From a virus (Duplodnaviria > Caudoviricetes), in IMG/VR virus record IMGVR_UViG_3300045970_000131, positions 1-57,393 of that record: DNA of 57,393 bases; one strand, written 5' to 3'. A program made the position numbers and the translations under genes. Numbering within the stretch: the stretch's first letter is position 1; every line of letters starts with the position of its first letter. This document shows positions 35,747 through 44,559 of this stretch, piece after piece. The notes under the pieces were generated by a model. The model had not been told where the DNA came from and ran no database searches. It worked only from the letters and a program-made list of their open reading frames with translations.

Positions 35747-36012
35747 GGCTTTCTATCCAGTTTGTCATTAAGTCGGTCAATCGACTTTCTTATGTCGCTT
35801 AGAGATTCAGCCAGATGATGATTATTAGATATAACCTTTTCATCTTGCGACTGATCGATAACGCTTTGAGTTTTTTCAGCAGCCTCAAGAACAATAAGTC
35901 TTTTATCTAGAGTCTGCCAACTCACAAATATTGTTGCAATAAAGCCAACAAAGGTGAGTATGTGCCCCAAATTAATAGTTGCATCAAATTTAACACCATC
36001 TTGTAAGCCCAT
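35743..36012 (-). CDS. Lysis-cassette membrane protein (holin/antiholin-like)
   Basis: One TM plus coiled coil; first late gene. Confidence 0.55.
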   Translation of the reverse strand: MGLQDGVKFDATINLGHILTFVGFIATIFVSWQTLDKRLIVLEAAEKTQSVIDQSQDEKVISNNHHLAESLSDIRKSIDRLNDKLDRKP

Positions 36013-36149
36013 GATTCACTTTCAGTTACTTAAAATAAAAAGCGGTTTAACCCTTCGAGGTGTTAAGCAACCGCGCCCCTAATTACGCCCACACATAAGC
36101 GCTCAAAAGCCTTTCAGCTCTTGAGATTCGGGAAAACTGTCTCAGAAAT

Positions 36150-36255
36150 GCAAAAAGCCCACCAAAAGGTGAGCTCTTTTATTGTTTCAGTCAGTGCGTA
36201 AATGCAGCTCGCACCGACTCGGACATCATACGAATATCTTACTAAATTCTAGGAA
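36150..36255 (-). promoter_or_regulatory. Putative late promoter with leader hairpin and terminator (pR'/tR'-like)
   Basis: -10 TATGAT (36231-36226); hairpin AGTCGGTGCG/CGCACTGACT; terminator GAGCTCACC-TTTT-GGTGGGGC-TTTT; lies between the Q-like gene and lysis genes. Confidence 0.5.
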
Positions 36256-36362
36256 TTTTTTGTATAGTATTTTTTGTGTAAATATTACAGAAAATATATG
36301 CGCGTATGGCTTGCGTACTTTATAAGACTGCTGCACGGATTTTCTTCACGATTAGCTTTTCA

Positions 36363-36563
36363 TCACTCATCATAGCTAAGCCTTTCGATGTAAACGAAGG
36401 ATTTAATGAAGTTGGTGTCTTCATCCTTGGCGATAGTCCAAACACCAGGCTGTCTTTTCATCATTTTGTCAGCTACATCGTAGCGTACAAGCTTCATTTC
36501 TAGTCTTTTTGGCTTCCTGCGAAGAATTTTCGCCTTAAACCATGTAGTAATTAATTTAATCAT
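36363..36563 (-). CDS. Hypothetical protein
   Basis: Overlaps the Q-like gene stop, operon orientation. Confidence 0.5.
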   Translation of the reverse strand: MIKLITTWFKAKILRRKPKRLEMKLVRYDVADKMMKRQPGVWTIAKDEDTNFIKSFVYIERLSYDE

Positions 36564-36990
36564 AATAACCTTCTACCTCTCTTTGTATTTTAAAGTGGGC
36601 CTCAAGCAATTCGCATGAGGTGTTGTAATAGCGTGTTGCTGCTTTCCCTGCATGATAGTAAACAACCGTAAGTGTTACGCCTGTATCTGATGCAAGCTCT
36701 TTTGCCTGCTTTGCACCATAGCTTTTAAAGTAACAACTAATAAAGTAGTCAAATTCTTCATCATCACTTTCCAATGCGTTGTTTAACACCAGATTAAATG
36801 CTGCGCATAATGGGCTATTGTGTGCGTTTGGCACTTGGCCAACTTTTACAATGCCAAGCTTGCCTATAATCGACTCTACATCCTTGGGAGCGTAGAAGCG
36901 TCTGGTGAAAAGCCAGTTCACATAGTCATCAATGAGTATGTTCAGCGCTATCTTCATTTGTTTTTCAGTTATTTTTGCTCTGAGCGCCAC
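36556..36990 (-). CDS. Putative Q-like late antiterminator
   Basis: Canonical Q position; C-terminal HTH-like KELASDTGVTLTVVYYH; GAGGGG SD. Confidence 0.55.
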   Translation of the reverse strand: MALRAKITEKQMKIALNILIDDYVNWLFTRRFYAPKDVESIIGKLGIVKVGQVPNAHNSPLCAAFNLVLNNALESDDEEFDYFISCYFKSYGAKQAKELASDTGVTLTVVYYHAGKAATRYYNTSCELLEAHFKIQREVEGYYD

Positions 36991-37001
36991 ATCAATCCCC
37001 T

Positions 37002-37415
37002 CTAAACTCGGCCAAATATCAACATTGCAGCATCGCGCTGCTCTTGGTTCGTCTTGCCCTTATACTTGGTAAGCTTATTGAAGCCTTCGGCGCTTAACTT
37101 AGTGCTTTGTGGCTGGATCAACACCACCTTGCAGCCGCACGCAATGATTGATTGCTCTAGCAACTTGCCCGTGGCGTGATTCTCACCTACGTTCTTGCCG
37201 ATCTTTGCGGCCACACTGATGTTTTGCGCACGGTGCCAGCTAGCCTTTTTGTTTAACCATCCAGCTTCAATGTAAATGCACTTAATAGCCTGCTTGTTTT
37301 CATCAATAAATTTCACGGTGTCAACAAAGTTAAGGTTCGTCATTTGAAGCGGCTTATCCTTGGCAATAAAAGCAATTCCGTTTTTCTCTATGTCTGGATC
37401 AATGCCTATGATCAT
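37002..37415 (-). CDS. RuvC-like Holliday junction resolvase
   Basis: IIGIDPD...IYIE...EQRDAA acidic motifs. Confidence 0.75.
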   Translation of the reverse strand: MIIGIDPDIEKNGIAFIAKDKPLQMTNLNFVDTVKFIDENKQAIKCIYIEAGWLNKKASWHRAQNISVAAKIGKNVGENHATGKLLEQSIIACGCKVVLIQPQSTKLSAEGFNKLTKYKGKTNQEQRDAAMLIFGRV

Positions 37416-37843
37416 GCCGGCAACCCAAGTAGCTTGTTGATCAATGGTGAGCGTGGCGGATTAAACTTGTTTTCCTCATACACTGCCTTTGGATTTCTGC
37501 TTCTTTTTATTTTCACTGGCTCTTGAATGATAGTTGGCCAAATCAGGTTTAAATCTAAATCCTGCTCACCATCTATCTTGTAAGCTATTGGTCTACCACA
37601 ACCATTTTTTACCCTTTTTGCGCTGAATGTTATGTAATGCTTCATTTGCGTCAAGTAGCCACCTAAGTTTTGTTTTCGTGTTGGTAAGTTGTATTTCTTA
37701 TCGATAATAATAGACAACTCTTCAAGCGTTAAATACTGAAGGCTTAACTCATTGAACATGATCGTGATGCACTGATGAATGCGCTGCTTAGTTTCAGAAC
37801 GTTGCTCACCTTCAACCATTTGCTTTCCTATCTGCATATCCAA
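37412..37843 (-). CDS. Hypothetical protein (possible wHTH)
   Basis: Coupled ORF in the nin region. Confidence 0.55.
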   Translation of the reverse strand: MDMQIGKQMVEGEQRSETKQRIHQCITIMFNELSLQYLTLEELSIIIDKKYNLPTRKQNLGGYLTQMKHYITFSAKRVKNGCGRPIAYKIDGEQDLDLNLIWPTIIQEPVKIKRSRNPKAVYEENKFNPPRSPLINKLLGLPA

Positions 37844-38162
37844 CTTTGTTTAACCATTTACGTTTGCGATACTGATCAAATGTGCGCTCTCTACCCGCAT
37901 TAAATGCTGGCAATCTCTCTTCCCTTGGCATGGCCCCGCTGTAGTAGTTATGGCAGGCACGACACCCAGCGACATGCTGATCATCGTCAGACTTCTGGCC
38001 CATGCCCTTGCCATGCTCCTGGTGATCTGAGTGGATCGGCTCGCAGCCGTGGGCTGAATAGCCTTGGCATACGCCTGCTATCTGAAATTGGCACTCATTG
38101 ATGCGATGAGCTAGGTTTAATAGCCTTCTATTGCGCAAAGGTTTGTGTTTTTCAATGATCAT
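37812..38162 (-). CDS. DUF1364/YbcO-like Zn-binding HNH-type nuclease
   Basis: CQFQIAGVC...H...GKGMGQKSDD...CRACH. Confidence 0.75.
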   Translation of the reverse strand: MIIEKHKPLRNRRLLNLAHRINECQFQIAGVCQGYSAHGCEPIHSDHQEHGKGMGQKSDDDQHVAGCRACHNYYSGAMPREERLPAFNAGRERTFDQYRKRKWLNKVGYADRKANG

Positions 38163-38416
38163 TGTTTAAATCCAGTCTCTTGGTAAGTGTTTTGATTCTG
38201 GTTTTTTAACTCACGATAAGTTTCAGGACTCACATAGATAACATTGCCAACTCTGATTGCTTGAGTTTTTAAACCGAACCTGTTCGCAAGCCACATATTA
38301 AAATCAAACCTGAATTTATCTGTTACTGGCGCTGACTCACTTAGCTTTAGTTTTGGTGTTTTTGGTAACTCGTAATCAACCCGCATTTCTAATCCGTTAA
38401 AAAATTGTAGATTCAT
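38159..38416 (-). CDS. Hypothetical protein
   Basis: ATGA-coupled nin-region ORF. Confidence 0.6.
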   Translation of the reverse strand: MNLQFFNGLEMRVDYELPKTPKLKLSESAPVTDKFRFDFNMWLANRFGLKTQAIRVGNVIYVSPETYRELKNQNQNTYQETGFKQ

Positions 38417-38727
38417 GCCGACACCTCAATAAACCAAAGTAAATCATTAAGTGTTTTAATCTCTCTCATATCGCCTTTAACGCCTGCCTCGCGCGGGGAT
38501 TTGCCCATGTCGCACTCGTAGCAATACCAATTGAGTGATTCAAGGCCATCGCCAACAAGTTGTGCTATTAGCTTTGTGTACTCTTCAAATAAGGTGAAAA
38601 CTGCCTCATGTAAAGGTGATCCAGCAATGCAGCCAATAGACTTTGTAAGTAAATTGAATTGAGCATCGAGCGCCTCATAGCGCTTTTGCCATTCAGCCAA
38701 TATTTGGATTTTTTCTTCTTTACTCAC
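38413..38727 (-). CDS. Hypothetical protein
   Basis: Coupled ORF; WYCYECDMG motif. Confidence 0.6.
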   Translation of the reverse strand: MSKEEKIQILAEWQKRYEALDAQFNLLTKSIGCIAGSPLHEAVFTLFEEYTKLIAQLVGDGLESLNWYCYECDMGKSPREAGVKGDMREIKTLNDLLWFIEVSA

Positions 38728-39194
38728 GCTGCCGCCCCTCTGTAAAAATTACCACTTCTAATAAAATCACTACGCTTGTTCACAAACTGTTTAACTTCGG
38801 CACCGGTTACATTTTCAATAAACTCTGAATGAATGATCCGCAATGTCTTAACTGCGCGTAAAGCCTCGCCATCTAGGCCAAGCTTATTAATTTTATTAAA
38901 GCGTTCACGGCATCTGATCATTCCATCACGTGCGGCGTTTATTTCCTCGATGTAGGCACGCTTGAATGTGTTTTGCGACATCATCATGCAAACATCAACC
39001 GTGGTGGCCAGCGTGTCAAAGTGAACTTTCTCTGCTTTTCCTCGCGTGAATGCATCAATGGCTCCCAAGATGCCTATGTCCAATTTATTACGCTTATCTT
39101 CACTTACAGGGCGCGATAGCGTGATAGTTTCAAAGGCTGAATTTGGATTGACGCGAACCTTATTCGGGTTATATTTTTTTGATCTTTTTTTCAT
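38724..39194 (-). CDS. Hypothetical nin-region protein
   Basis: Coupled ORF, basic N-terminus. Confidence 0.65.
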   Translation of the reverse strand: MKKRSKKYNPNKVRVNPNSAFETITLSRPVSEDKRNKLDIGILGAIDAFTRGKAEKVHFDTLATTVDVCMMMSQNTFKRAYIEEINAARDGMIRCRERFNKINKLGLDGEALRAVKTLRIIHSEFIENVTGAEVKQFVNKRSDFIRSGNFYRGAAA

Positions 39195-39670
39195 GACCGT
39201 CTTTCAAATGGTTCAATTACTGTTCTCATCATTTCAGCTGCAGCTTCTGGTGTTAAATGTGGCCATAAGTATTTAGGTGCATGCGCCCCACGCAAAAAAT
39301 CAACCGAACTTCTATGAAACTCACGCATTTCATCTTCGTCACATTCTGCGTAGCTGATTGACTTAGGTATTGGGATAACGCCACCTTTAGGCCCAGCCAT
39401 CCAAACAACAAAGCCTGATCCAACCTTTAACCAGTCACGGAACATTTCAAAGTGTTCAATACGCTCTTGAGATTCAAATACCGTGCTTTCAAACTTCATG
39501 TGAAAGCGGTGAAAAGGCCCCATGCGTTTAGCGTCATACTTGAATCTAAATATTTCACCTATGTCTAGCTCAGTTAATTGATTTTTAACCCGTGCCCAGG
39601 CTCGCTTGTTAGCATCAGATAAGCCAACAATCTTCCCTTCATCATTTCTTGTTAAAATTATTTCAGGCAT
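39191..39670 (-). CDS. DUF1367-like protein
   Basis: FHRF...FRDWLKVGSGF...PKSISYA..DE.E; start re-set to MPEIIL. Confidence 0.7.
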   Translation of the reverse strand: MPEIILTRNDEGKIVGLSDANKRAWARVKNQLTELDIGEIFRFKYDAKRMGPFHRFHMKFESTVFESQERIEHFEMFRDWLKVGSGFVVWMAGPKGGVIPIPKSISYAECDEDEMREFHRSSVDFLRGAHAPKYLWPHLTPEAAAEMMRTVIEPFERRS

Positions 39671-39692
39671 ATCAAGCCTCTGGATTCCACTT

Positions 39693-39887
39693 TTACCAGC
39701 TGTCACGGCATTCGTGATCACACCACCGCGCGCCGTTTACGGTGTTTGCGCCGCACTGCAGGCAAAAATCTGACTTAGGGATCGGCTGCACCTTCGCCTG
39801 TATTCTGGCGATCTCAGTGCTGCGCATGATCTCTTCCTGCTCAGATGCTTTGGCACCCTCATCCGTTAGTGGTACGACTTCATTCAT
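39693..39887 (-). CDS. TraR/DksA-like C4 zinc-finger protein
   Basis: DEGAKASE helix plus CLQCG...WCDHEC. Confidence 0.7.
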   Translation of the reverse strand: MNEVVPLTDEGAKASEQEEIMRSTEIARIQAKVQPIPKSDFCLQCGANTVNGARWCDHECRDSW

Positions 39888-39894
39888 GATTTAA

Positions 39895-40167
39895 CTATCC
39901 TTCAAATTCAGGTGGTTCGGGCAACTCAAACTTACCTTCCCCAATACAAACACACAAAAATCTTTCAATTGTTTGTGTTACCGCTTCACACCACTGAGCT
40001 TTTCGCATAGCTTTCAAAGTACCTTCTTGCACTGCATAACTAGCTCTTAATGCAGTCATGCGAGAAGCATCATCATAGGCATCAAGTAAAGGCTTAAAAT
40101 CATCTCTAAACTCCTGATCTTTTTCAAAGAAACTTCTATGTCTTATTGAATACTTACCCATTCTCAT
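39895..40167 (-). CDS. Hypothetical protein
   Basis: TAATG-coupled ORF with GAGG SD. Confidence 0.6.
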   Translation of the reverse strand: MRMGKYSIRHRSFFEKDQEFRDDFKPLLDAYDDASRMTALRASYAVQEGTLKAMRKAQWCEAVTQTIERFLCVCIGEGKFELPEPPEFEG

Positions 40168-40379
40168 TAGCTTTTCCTCAAGTTAAATAATCGTAAAACT
40201 TCACTTTTCACTGCATCAATATCCAGCTTGTAGAGCTCTGAATACTCGTTAATCAAACTTAGTCGCCCTTCTTTTCCAACACCATCACGCACGACCTTCT
40301 TGGCTGCACACGTCACGCAAAGCATGCGGAAGGTGTTAGGCTTGCTGCAGTGTGGGCAATCACTCAACGATAACCCCAC
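40167..40379 (-). CDS. Hypothetical Zn-finger protein
   Basis: CPHC...CVTC. Confidence 0.55.
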   Translation of the reverse strand: MGLSLSDCPHCSKPNTFRMLCVTCAAKKVVRDGVGKEGRLSLINEYSELYKLDIDAVKSEVLRLFNLRKS

Positions 40380-40479
40380 TGAATGCCTCTAAATCCGCCT
40401 GCGCTTGCAACTTTTCACATGCTGCAACGACTGCAAAAACGATCATCCCGATGATGATTAATGGTTTAATAATTTTCAT
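40360..40479 (-). CDS. Small membrane/lipoprotein, 39 aa (not in the track)
   Basis: ATGA overlap with the P-like gene stop, GGAG SD; MKIIKPLIIIGMIVFAVVAAC. Confidence 0.45.
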   Translation of the reverse strand: MKIIKPLIIIGMIVFAVVAACEKLQAQADLEAFSGVIVE

Positions 40480-41150
40480 GATGCACTCCCTGATAACATT
40501 GCTTTAAAATCAGCCAATCGTTGGCGATTTTTTTCCAATTGCTCAGGCGTTAATTCAGTTTTGTTTGATAGCAGTCCAACTACTTCCGTAATTGCTGGAT
40601 TTATTTTCACAGGCAAAATTGAAAGCGCATGATCTTGTGTGATACGGCCTTTTTGAACGGCAAGTTTTAAAGCCTCTTCGCGGCCTTCTTTGCTAGTTCC
40701 GAGTGATGGAAACCATTTGGGCGCGATGCCGTTGAATTTATTTGCTGATGTAATTCGGTTGTAGGCTTCTTTGAATGCCATGCGAGCGCCGATCATGTCA
40801 CCATCATTGAGCAACGGCCTTGCAGATTGCATAGCCTCTGCCATTTCGTTTGTGATAACTGCACTTGTAGCTTCATCGTGCGGGTAAATCGCCCACGCCT
40901 CTTCTGCACCAATACGCCCATCAGGATTAGCACTTTCAAGCATGGCGATAATGTCTGCTGGCCTTGGTGCGAATCTGCCATTTTTTGAATCTTGGATATG
41001 GCGGCTAAATGCCTCTTGAACTTGCTCGATTTCAAATCTAATCAATGCCGCCCACCATAAGCGCAAAACCTCTTTGGTTACTTCTTGCCCATAGATGCTC
41101 ATCGTTGCAATAAACAAATCTTTGAACTGCACTTTGTCTGAATCAATCAT
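40476..41150 (-). CDS. Replication protein P-like (helicase loader, DUF6475-like)
   Basis: LWWAAL...F.P.PADI...AEEAW; follows the initiator; GAGG SD before MIDSDK. Confidence 0.7.
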   Translation of the reverse strand: MIDSDKVQFKDLFIATMSIYGQEVTKEVLRLWWAALIRFEIEQVQEAFSRHIQDSKNGRFAPRPADIIAMLESANPDGRIGAEEAWAIYPHDEATSAVITNEMAEAMQSARPLLNDGDMIGARMAFKEAYNRITSANKFNGIAPKWFPSLGTSKEGREEALKLAVQKGRITQDHALSILPVKINPAITEVVGLLSNKTELTPEQLEKNRQRLADFKAMLSGSAS

Positions 41151-42045
41151 AAACAACCTCGCCTTCAATCGTCTTTTCGTTTCCGTCGTTTAAAAACTCA
41201 TCCCCAGCTTGTTTATTTTTCTCGGTGATGATTTGTGTTTTAGTTTTAAATCCGCTTTCGCCTTTTGCTGATCTAAACCAATTGCGCCATGCAGCTTCCC
41301 AATCTGATTTTTTACCCGTTCGCTGGTTAGCATTTGCTAGCCAATGGTCTTTAAACTTATCAGCCTCTTTACGAATCATGTCGGGAGTAAATTCAGGTTT
41401 TTCAGATAAAGCCCATTCACCCCATTTTTTTGGAAGCGTCCAATCTTTGGGAAGTTGTGAGCCTTTTTTTGTGGTGGCTGCCGATTCATCGGCGGCGCTA
41501 ACTCCTGCTCCTGCTTCCTGTTCTTGTTCCTGTTCTTGTTCTTGTTCCTGTTCTTGTTCTTGTTCCTGTTCTTGTTCCTGTTCTTGTTCTTGGCTTGCAA
41601 GGGGCTTTGAAGGGGCTTTATTATTTCTAGATAATGACATTAAGAATTTTGTTTTATATTTATCAAAGAATGGCTTTAAATAAGGGCTTTCAGGCTGTGC
41701 GTTGTACTCATTTTGAACACCCTTTACCCTTAAATCTTTCTCGGTAAGTTGCTCACCTATTTGGTAGCTAGCCATTTCATATACCCATACCACCTCTGAA
41801 GCATCATCGTAGGCACAAAATCCAGCTTCAATTGCACTTTGAAGCCCCTTAGAAGCCCCTTCAACTGATAGGCCACACTCATGAGCAATATAGATTTTTG
41901 GTAAGTAATACATGCCAAGCATGTTGGCGTGTGAGCATGTCATCAGGTACAAAGAAACTAACTGGCACTCAATCCCTTTAGCGCGCAGTTTTTTACCTGT
42001 TGCACCTATCCAAAATTGCGGACTAACTTTTGAATAGTCGCGCAT
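41143..42045 (-). CDS. Replication initiator (O-like)
   Basis: MRDY.KVSPQFW N-terminal domain, QE-repeat linker, KF.DHW...DWEAAWRNW C-terminal domain. Confidence 0.8.
   Translation of the reverse strand: MRDYSKVSPQFWIGATGKKLRAKGIECQLVSLYLMTCSHANMLGMYYLPKIYIAHECGLSVEGASKGLQSAIEAGFCAYDDASEVVWVYEMASYQIGEQLTEKDLRVKGVQNEYNAQPESPYLKPFFDKYKTKFLMSLSRNNKAPSKPLASQEQEQEQEQEQEQEQEQEQEQEQEQEAGAGVSAADESAATTKKGSQLPKDWTLPKKWGEWALSEKPEFTPDMIRKEADKFKDHWLANANQRTGKKSDWEAAWRNWFRSAKGESGFKTKTQIITEKNKQAGDEFLNDGNEKTIEGEVVYD
41515..41592 (-). repeat. Hexamer microsatellite (CARGAA)13 encoding (QE)13
   Basis: 13 units counted directly. Confidence 0.95.
41599..41861. other. Putative replication origin (iterons)
   Basis: AAGGGGCTT at 41599 and 41610; inverse GAAGCCCCTT at 41841 and 41852; AT-rich tract 41619-41680; inside the initiator gene. 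Confidence 0.55.
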
Positions 42046-42444
42046 TTAAACAGCACTCCATAAACTTGCATTAGCTTGATGTGCACGCGGATTCTTGACT
42101 TGGCTATATCCAGTGCTTTTAATTAATCCTTCACGCTTTGCCCTGCAAATTAAACCGCCCCATGCTCGACCACTAGGAGCATCAGGTAAGCCTTTTATAT
42201 GCGCATAAGCACGTATGTCCTCGCACATGAATTGACCACGTGCAATGCTGACAAACTCTTTCAAAAGCGCATAGGCATCATCAGACCATCCCTCATACAC
42301 ATGATCTGCATGCGCGATAGCGTCAGACATACCCTGTAGTTTTAAATCACTAGCAGTTTGTTCGGTATCGCACCGAACAGAACTAAAATTGAAGTTAGTC
42401 TGAGGATTAGGGGTAACTTGAGTGGATATTTTTTGATTAAGCAT
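42046..42444 (-). CDS. Hypothetical protein (wHTH-like)
   Basis: F..ED.R...P...RAWG...AKREGLI motif; in operon. Confidence 0.65.
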   Translation of the reverse strand: MLNQKISTQVTPNPQTNFNFSSVRCDTEQTASDLKLQGMSDAIAHADHVYEGWSDDAYALLKEFVSIARGQFMCEDIRAYAHIKGLPDAPSGRAWGGLICRAKREGLIKSTGYSQVKNPRAHQANASLWSAV

Positions 42445-42696
42445 TTAATCCACCACTGTTGGATTATGTTTTACTGCATTTGAAATTAAACTTGCTTCAT
42501 CGATCTTGTGATTAACAAACTCATTGAGGATGCGAGAAACTATGTCAGTTCTAGATACAAACTTACCCGTCATGCGCGATTCAGAAGTGGCAACAGAATC
42601 TATTACCCCAAGAACCACAAGGGGCAGATTACACCTAAGTTCAGCTAAAGCCTCACCTACTCGATTAGAGCGCGCAAATAATAAATCATCATCCAT
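42445..42696 (-). CDS. CII-position regulator (RHH-like)
   Basis: Between cro and replication genes; SRTDIVSRIL. Confidence 0.5.
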   Translation of the reverse strand: MDDDLLFARSNRVGEALAELRCNLPLVVLGVIDSVATSESRMTGKFVSRTDIVSRILNEFVNHKIDEASLISNAVKHNPTVVD

Positions 42697-42732
42697 AGTA
42701 ATATTGCCTCGTCAGTTATGTTTGTTTGAGAA

Positions 42733-42927
42733 TTAGGCGGCTTTTGAACAGTGAAGCGCATGTAGAGCATCAATCTTCCTGCCACCCTTTTCTATTCCAA
42801 TGTCTTTTTGCACGCCATTAGCTAAATCTGAAATTGTTGGCTGCGATACTCCAATAGCCTCAGATAAAGCCTTTTGGGTAAATCCTTGCTCAATTAAGTC
42901 GCGTATTTTTTCGTTTACGTTTTTCAT
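42733..42927 (-). CDS. cro: Cro-like repressor
   Basis: HTH TQKALSEAIGVSQPTISDL; divergent from cI; probably leaderless. Confidence 0.85.
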   Translation of the reverse strand: MKNVNEKIRDLIEQGFTQKALSEAIGVSQPTISDLANGVQKDIGIEKGGRKIDALHALHCSKAA

Positions 42928-42934
42928 AGTCATC

Positions 42935-43001
42935 ATTATATAGGAGTTCCTATGTCACTTGTCAATAGGCAATCCTATTCGTTAAAAATAGATAATCCGA
43001 T
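42935..43001. promoter_or_regulatory. OR operators and pR/pRM
   Basis: ATAGGAGTTCCTAT (42940), ATAGGCAATCCTAT (42965), ATAGATAATCCGAT (42988); TTGACA...TATATAAT on the minus strand. Confidence 0.8.
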
Positions 43002-43002
43002 A

Positions 43003-43665
43003 ATGAGCACATTTGGTGAACGATTAAGAGAGGCGAGAAAAGATAAGAAGCTGTCACAAACGGCTTTGGCTAAACTCGTAGGTTTGAAGCAACCAACAAT
43101 TGCAGAGGCTGAAACAGAGGGTAAAGGAAGTAGTAGGGCTGCTCTTTTAGCAAAGGTATTAGGTGTTAATGCACTATGGTTATCTGAGGGAAAGGGTGAT
43201 AAAGGGACAGTAGCGAGCCCTGAGATAGATTTAAGTGATAATGAGGATTACCCACCAGTGCGAAGAGTGACACTTACATTATCAGCTGGCCATACTGGCT
43301 ATGCAATTGAACATGATATTCAAGATAAAACACCAATTGTGTTTGCAAAAGAATGGTTTATAAGTAATGGCTATAAACCAGAAAATTTACTTGCCGTTAA
43401 GGTCAAGGGTGAAAGCATGCAGCCAAGCTTACATGATGGTGATACTGTAACCTTGAATATAGCAGATACAAAGCCTATGGATGGGTTCGTATTTGCTATA
43501 AACTATGAAGGTGAACTGCTCATTAAAAGGCTTATTCGTGATGCAGGTACATGGTGGATTAGTAGCGATAATCCAGATCAAAGAAAATACCCACGTAAAG
43601 AATGTATCAATGAGGGGTGCTTGATACTTGGTCGTATAGTTCATAAGCAAAGTGAATTTATATAG
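43003..43665 (+). CDS. cI: CI repressor (HTH plus S24 autopeptidase)
   Basis: HTH LSQTALAKLVGLKQPTI; SAG cleavage site; VKGESM and LIKRL catalytic motifs; start re-set to MSTFGERL. Confidence 0.93.
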   Translation: MSTFGERLREARKDKKLSQTALAKLVGLKQPTIAEAETEGKGSSRAALLAKVLGVNALWLSEGKGDKGTVASPEIDLSDNEDYPPVRRVTLTLSAGHTGYAIEHDIQDKTPIVFAKEWFISNGYKPENLLAVKVKGESMQPSLHDGDTVTLNIADTKPMDGFVFAINYEGELLIKRLIRDAGTWWISSDNPDQRKYPRKECINEGCLILGRIVHKQSEFI

Positions 43666-43667
43666 AT

Positions 43668-43943
43668 ATGACAAGAATTTTTATCTTAGCTGTCAGCTGC
43701 TTATTCATTTTTGGGTGTTGCAAAAAAACACCAGAAGATTGTATTTTAGAAAACATTGAAAAAGCACATAGCAATGCATCAGCAAATATGATTAGTCATA
43801 TTTGTACTGAAAAATATGGTGCAAAAACATCCACAAAGATTATAGAGGATTTTGGGCCAGCAGCACCAGCACCGAATACAGAGGATTCAGATAAATCAAA
43901 TTTAGATAAAAATGGATATATACATGACCCATATAGTAAATAG
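43668..43943 (+). CDS. Lipoprotein co-transcribed with cI; candidate superinfection exclusion protein
   Basis: Signal peptide with IFGC lipobox-like site; C-terminal LDKNGYIHDPY matches the giant protein N-terminus. Confidence 0.65.
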   Translation: MTRIFILAVSCLFIFGCCKKTPEDCILENIEKAHSNASANMISHICTEKYGAKTSTKIIEDFGPAAPAPNTEDSDKSNLDKNGYIHDPYSK

Positions 43944-44202
43944 ACCAATATTTTTTATATTGTTAATTATGTCAGCGCATTGCTACGCAGCTACCGACTA
44001 TCAATGTGTTAATAATTGCACAAACAATGGCCATCAATACAACTATTGTACTGATCGATGCAGCTATGACGATCCAAGCCAAACACTGCCAACCCTGCCA
44101 ACTCTAACCGATCCAGTTAAACAAACAGACTATCAATGCATGAATACCTGCACCAGTAAAGGCTATCAGTACAATTACTGCCAGCAAGCATGTTCGTTTT
44201 AA
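43912..44202 (+). CDS. Secreted Cys-rich two-repeat miniprotein
   Basis: Signal peptide; two TDYQCxNxCTxxGxQYNYCxxxCS repeats. Confidence 0.7.
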   Translation: MDIYMTHIVNRPIFFILLIMSAHCYAATDYQCVNNCTNNGHQYNYCTDRCSYDDPSQTLPTLPTLTDPVKQTDYQCMNTCTSKGYQYNYCQQACSF

Positions 44203-44257
44203 ATAACCTACCTACCCGTTACAAATAACCTACCCACCCCTTATCGCAAATTAAATT

Positions 44258-44281
44258 ACTCGCCTAATGCGGGTTTTTTTA
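44258..44281 (+). terminator. Terminator of the cI operon
   Basis: ACTCGC-CTAAT-GCGGGT followed by a T run. Confidence 0.7.
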
Positions 44282-44298
44282 TGTTCTTGTAAATAAAT

Positions 44299-44340
44299 AT
44301 AGGTACTCCTATTGACACATATTATAGGATAACCTATTAT
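44299..44340 (+). promoter_or_regulatory. pL promoter with OL operators
   Basis: TTGACA(44312)-17-TATTAT(44335); ATAGGTACTCCTAT (44299), ATAGGATAACCTAT (44324). Confidence 0.85.
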
Positions 44341-44559
44341 TCTATCCATCGCATCAAACAAAGCGCCGAGTGCGTGAGTTAAGAAAATTCGCTATAGCGG
44401 GTAACCATCAAGTCACAGATGGCCAGAAGCTAAGCCTAGATTCAAAGTTAAACGAGTTTGTGTGCAAAGGTTCACGGCTTGCACCCGAAAGTGCTCATTT
44501 CCTCAACTCGCTAGGTGGCGATTGCATCAAAGCCTAGCAATTTTTAAGGTAGTTGCGAT

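Noticed and set aside
41376-41683. ORFs with NKNR and SCSC repeats
   Set aside because: Alternative-frame readings of the QE microsatellite
42952-43002. N-terminal extension of cI in the ORF track
   Set aside because: Overlaps the operators and promoters; the start at 43003 fits the HTH boundary
44201-44239. 17-bp near-tandem duplication AAATAACCTACCYACCC
   Set aside because: Only two copies; probably an insertion scar at the moron boundary, no function supportable
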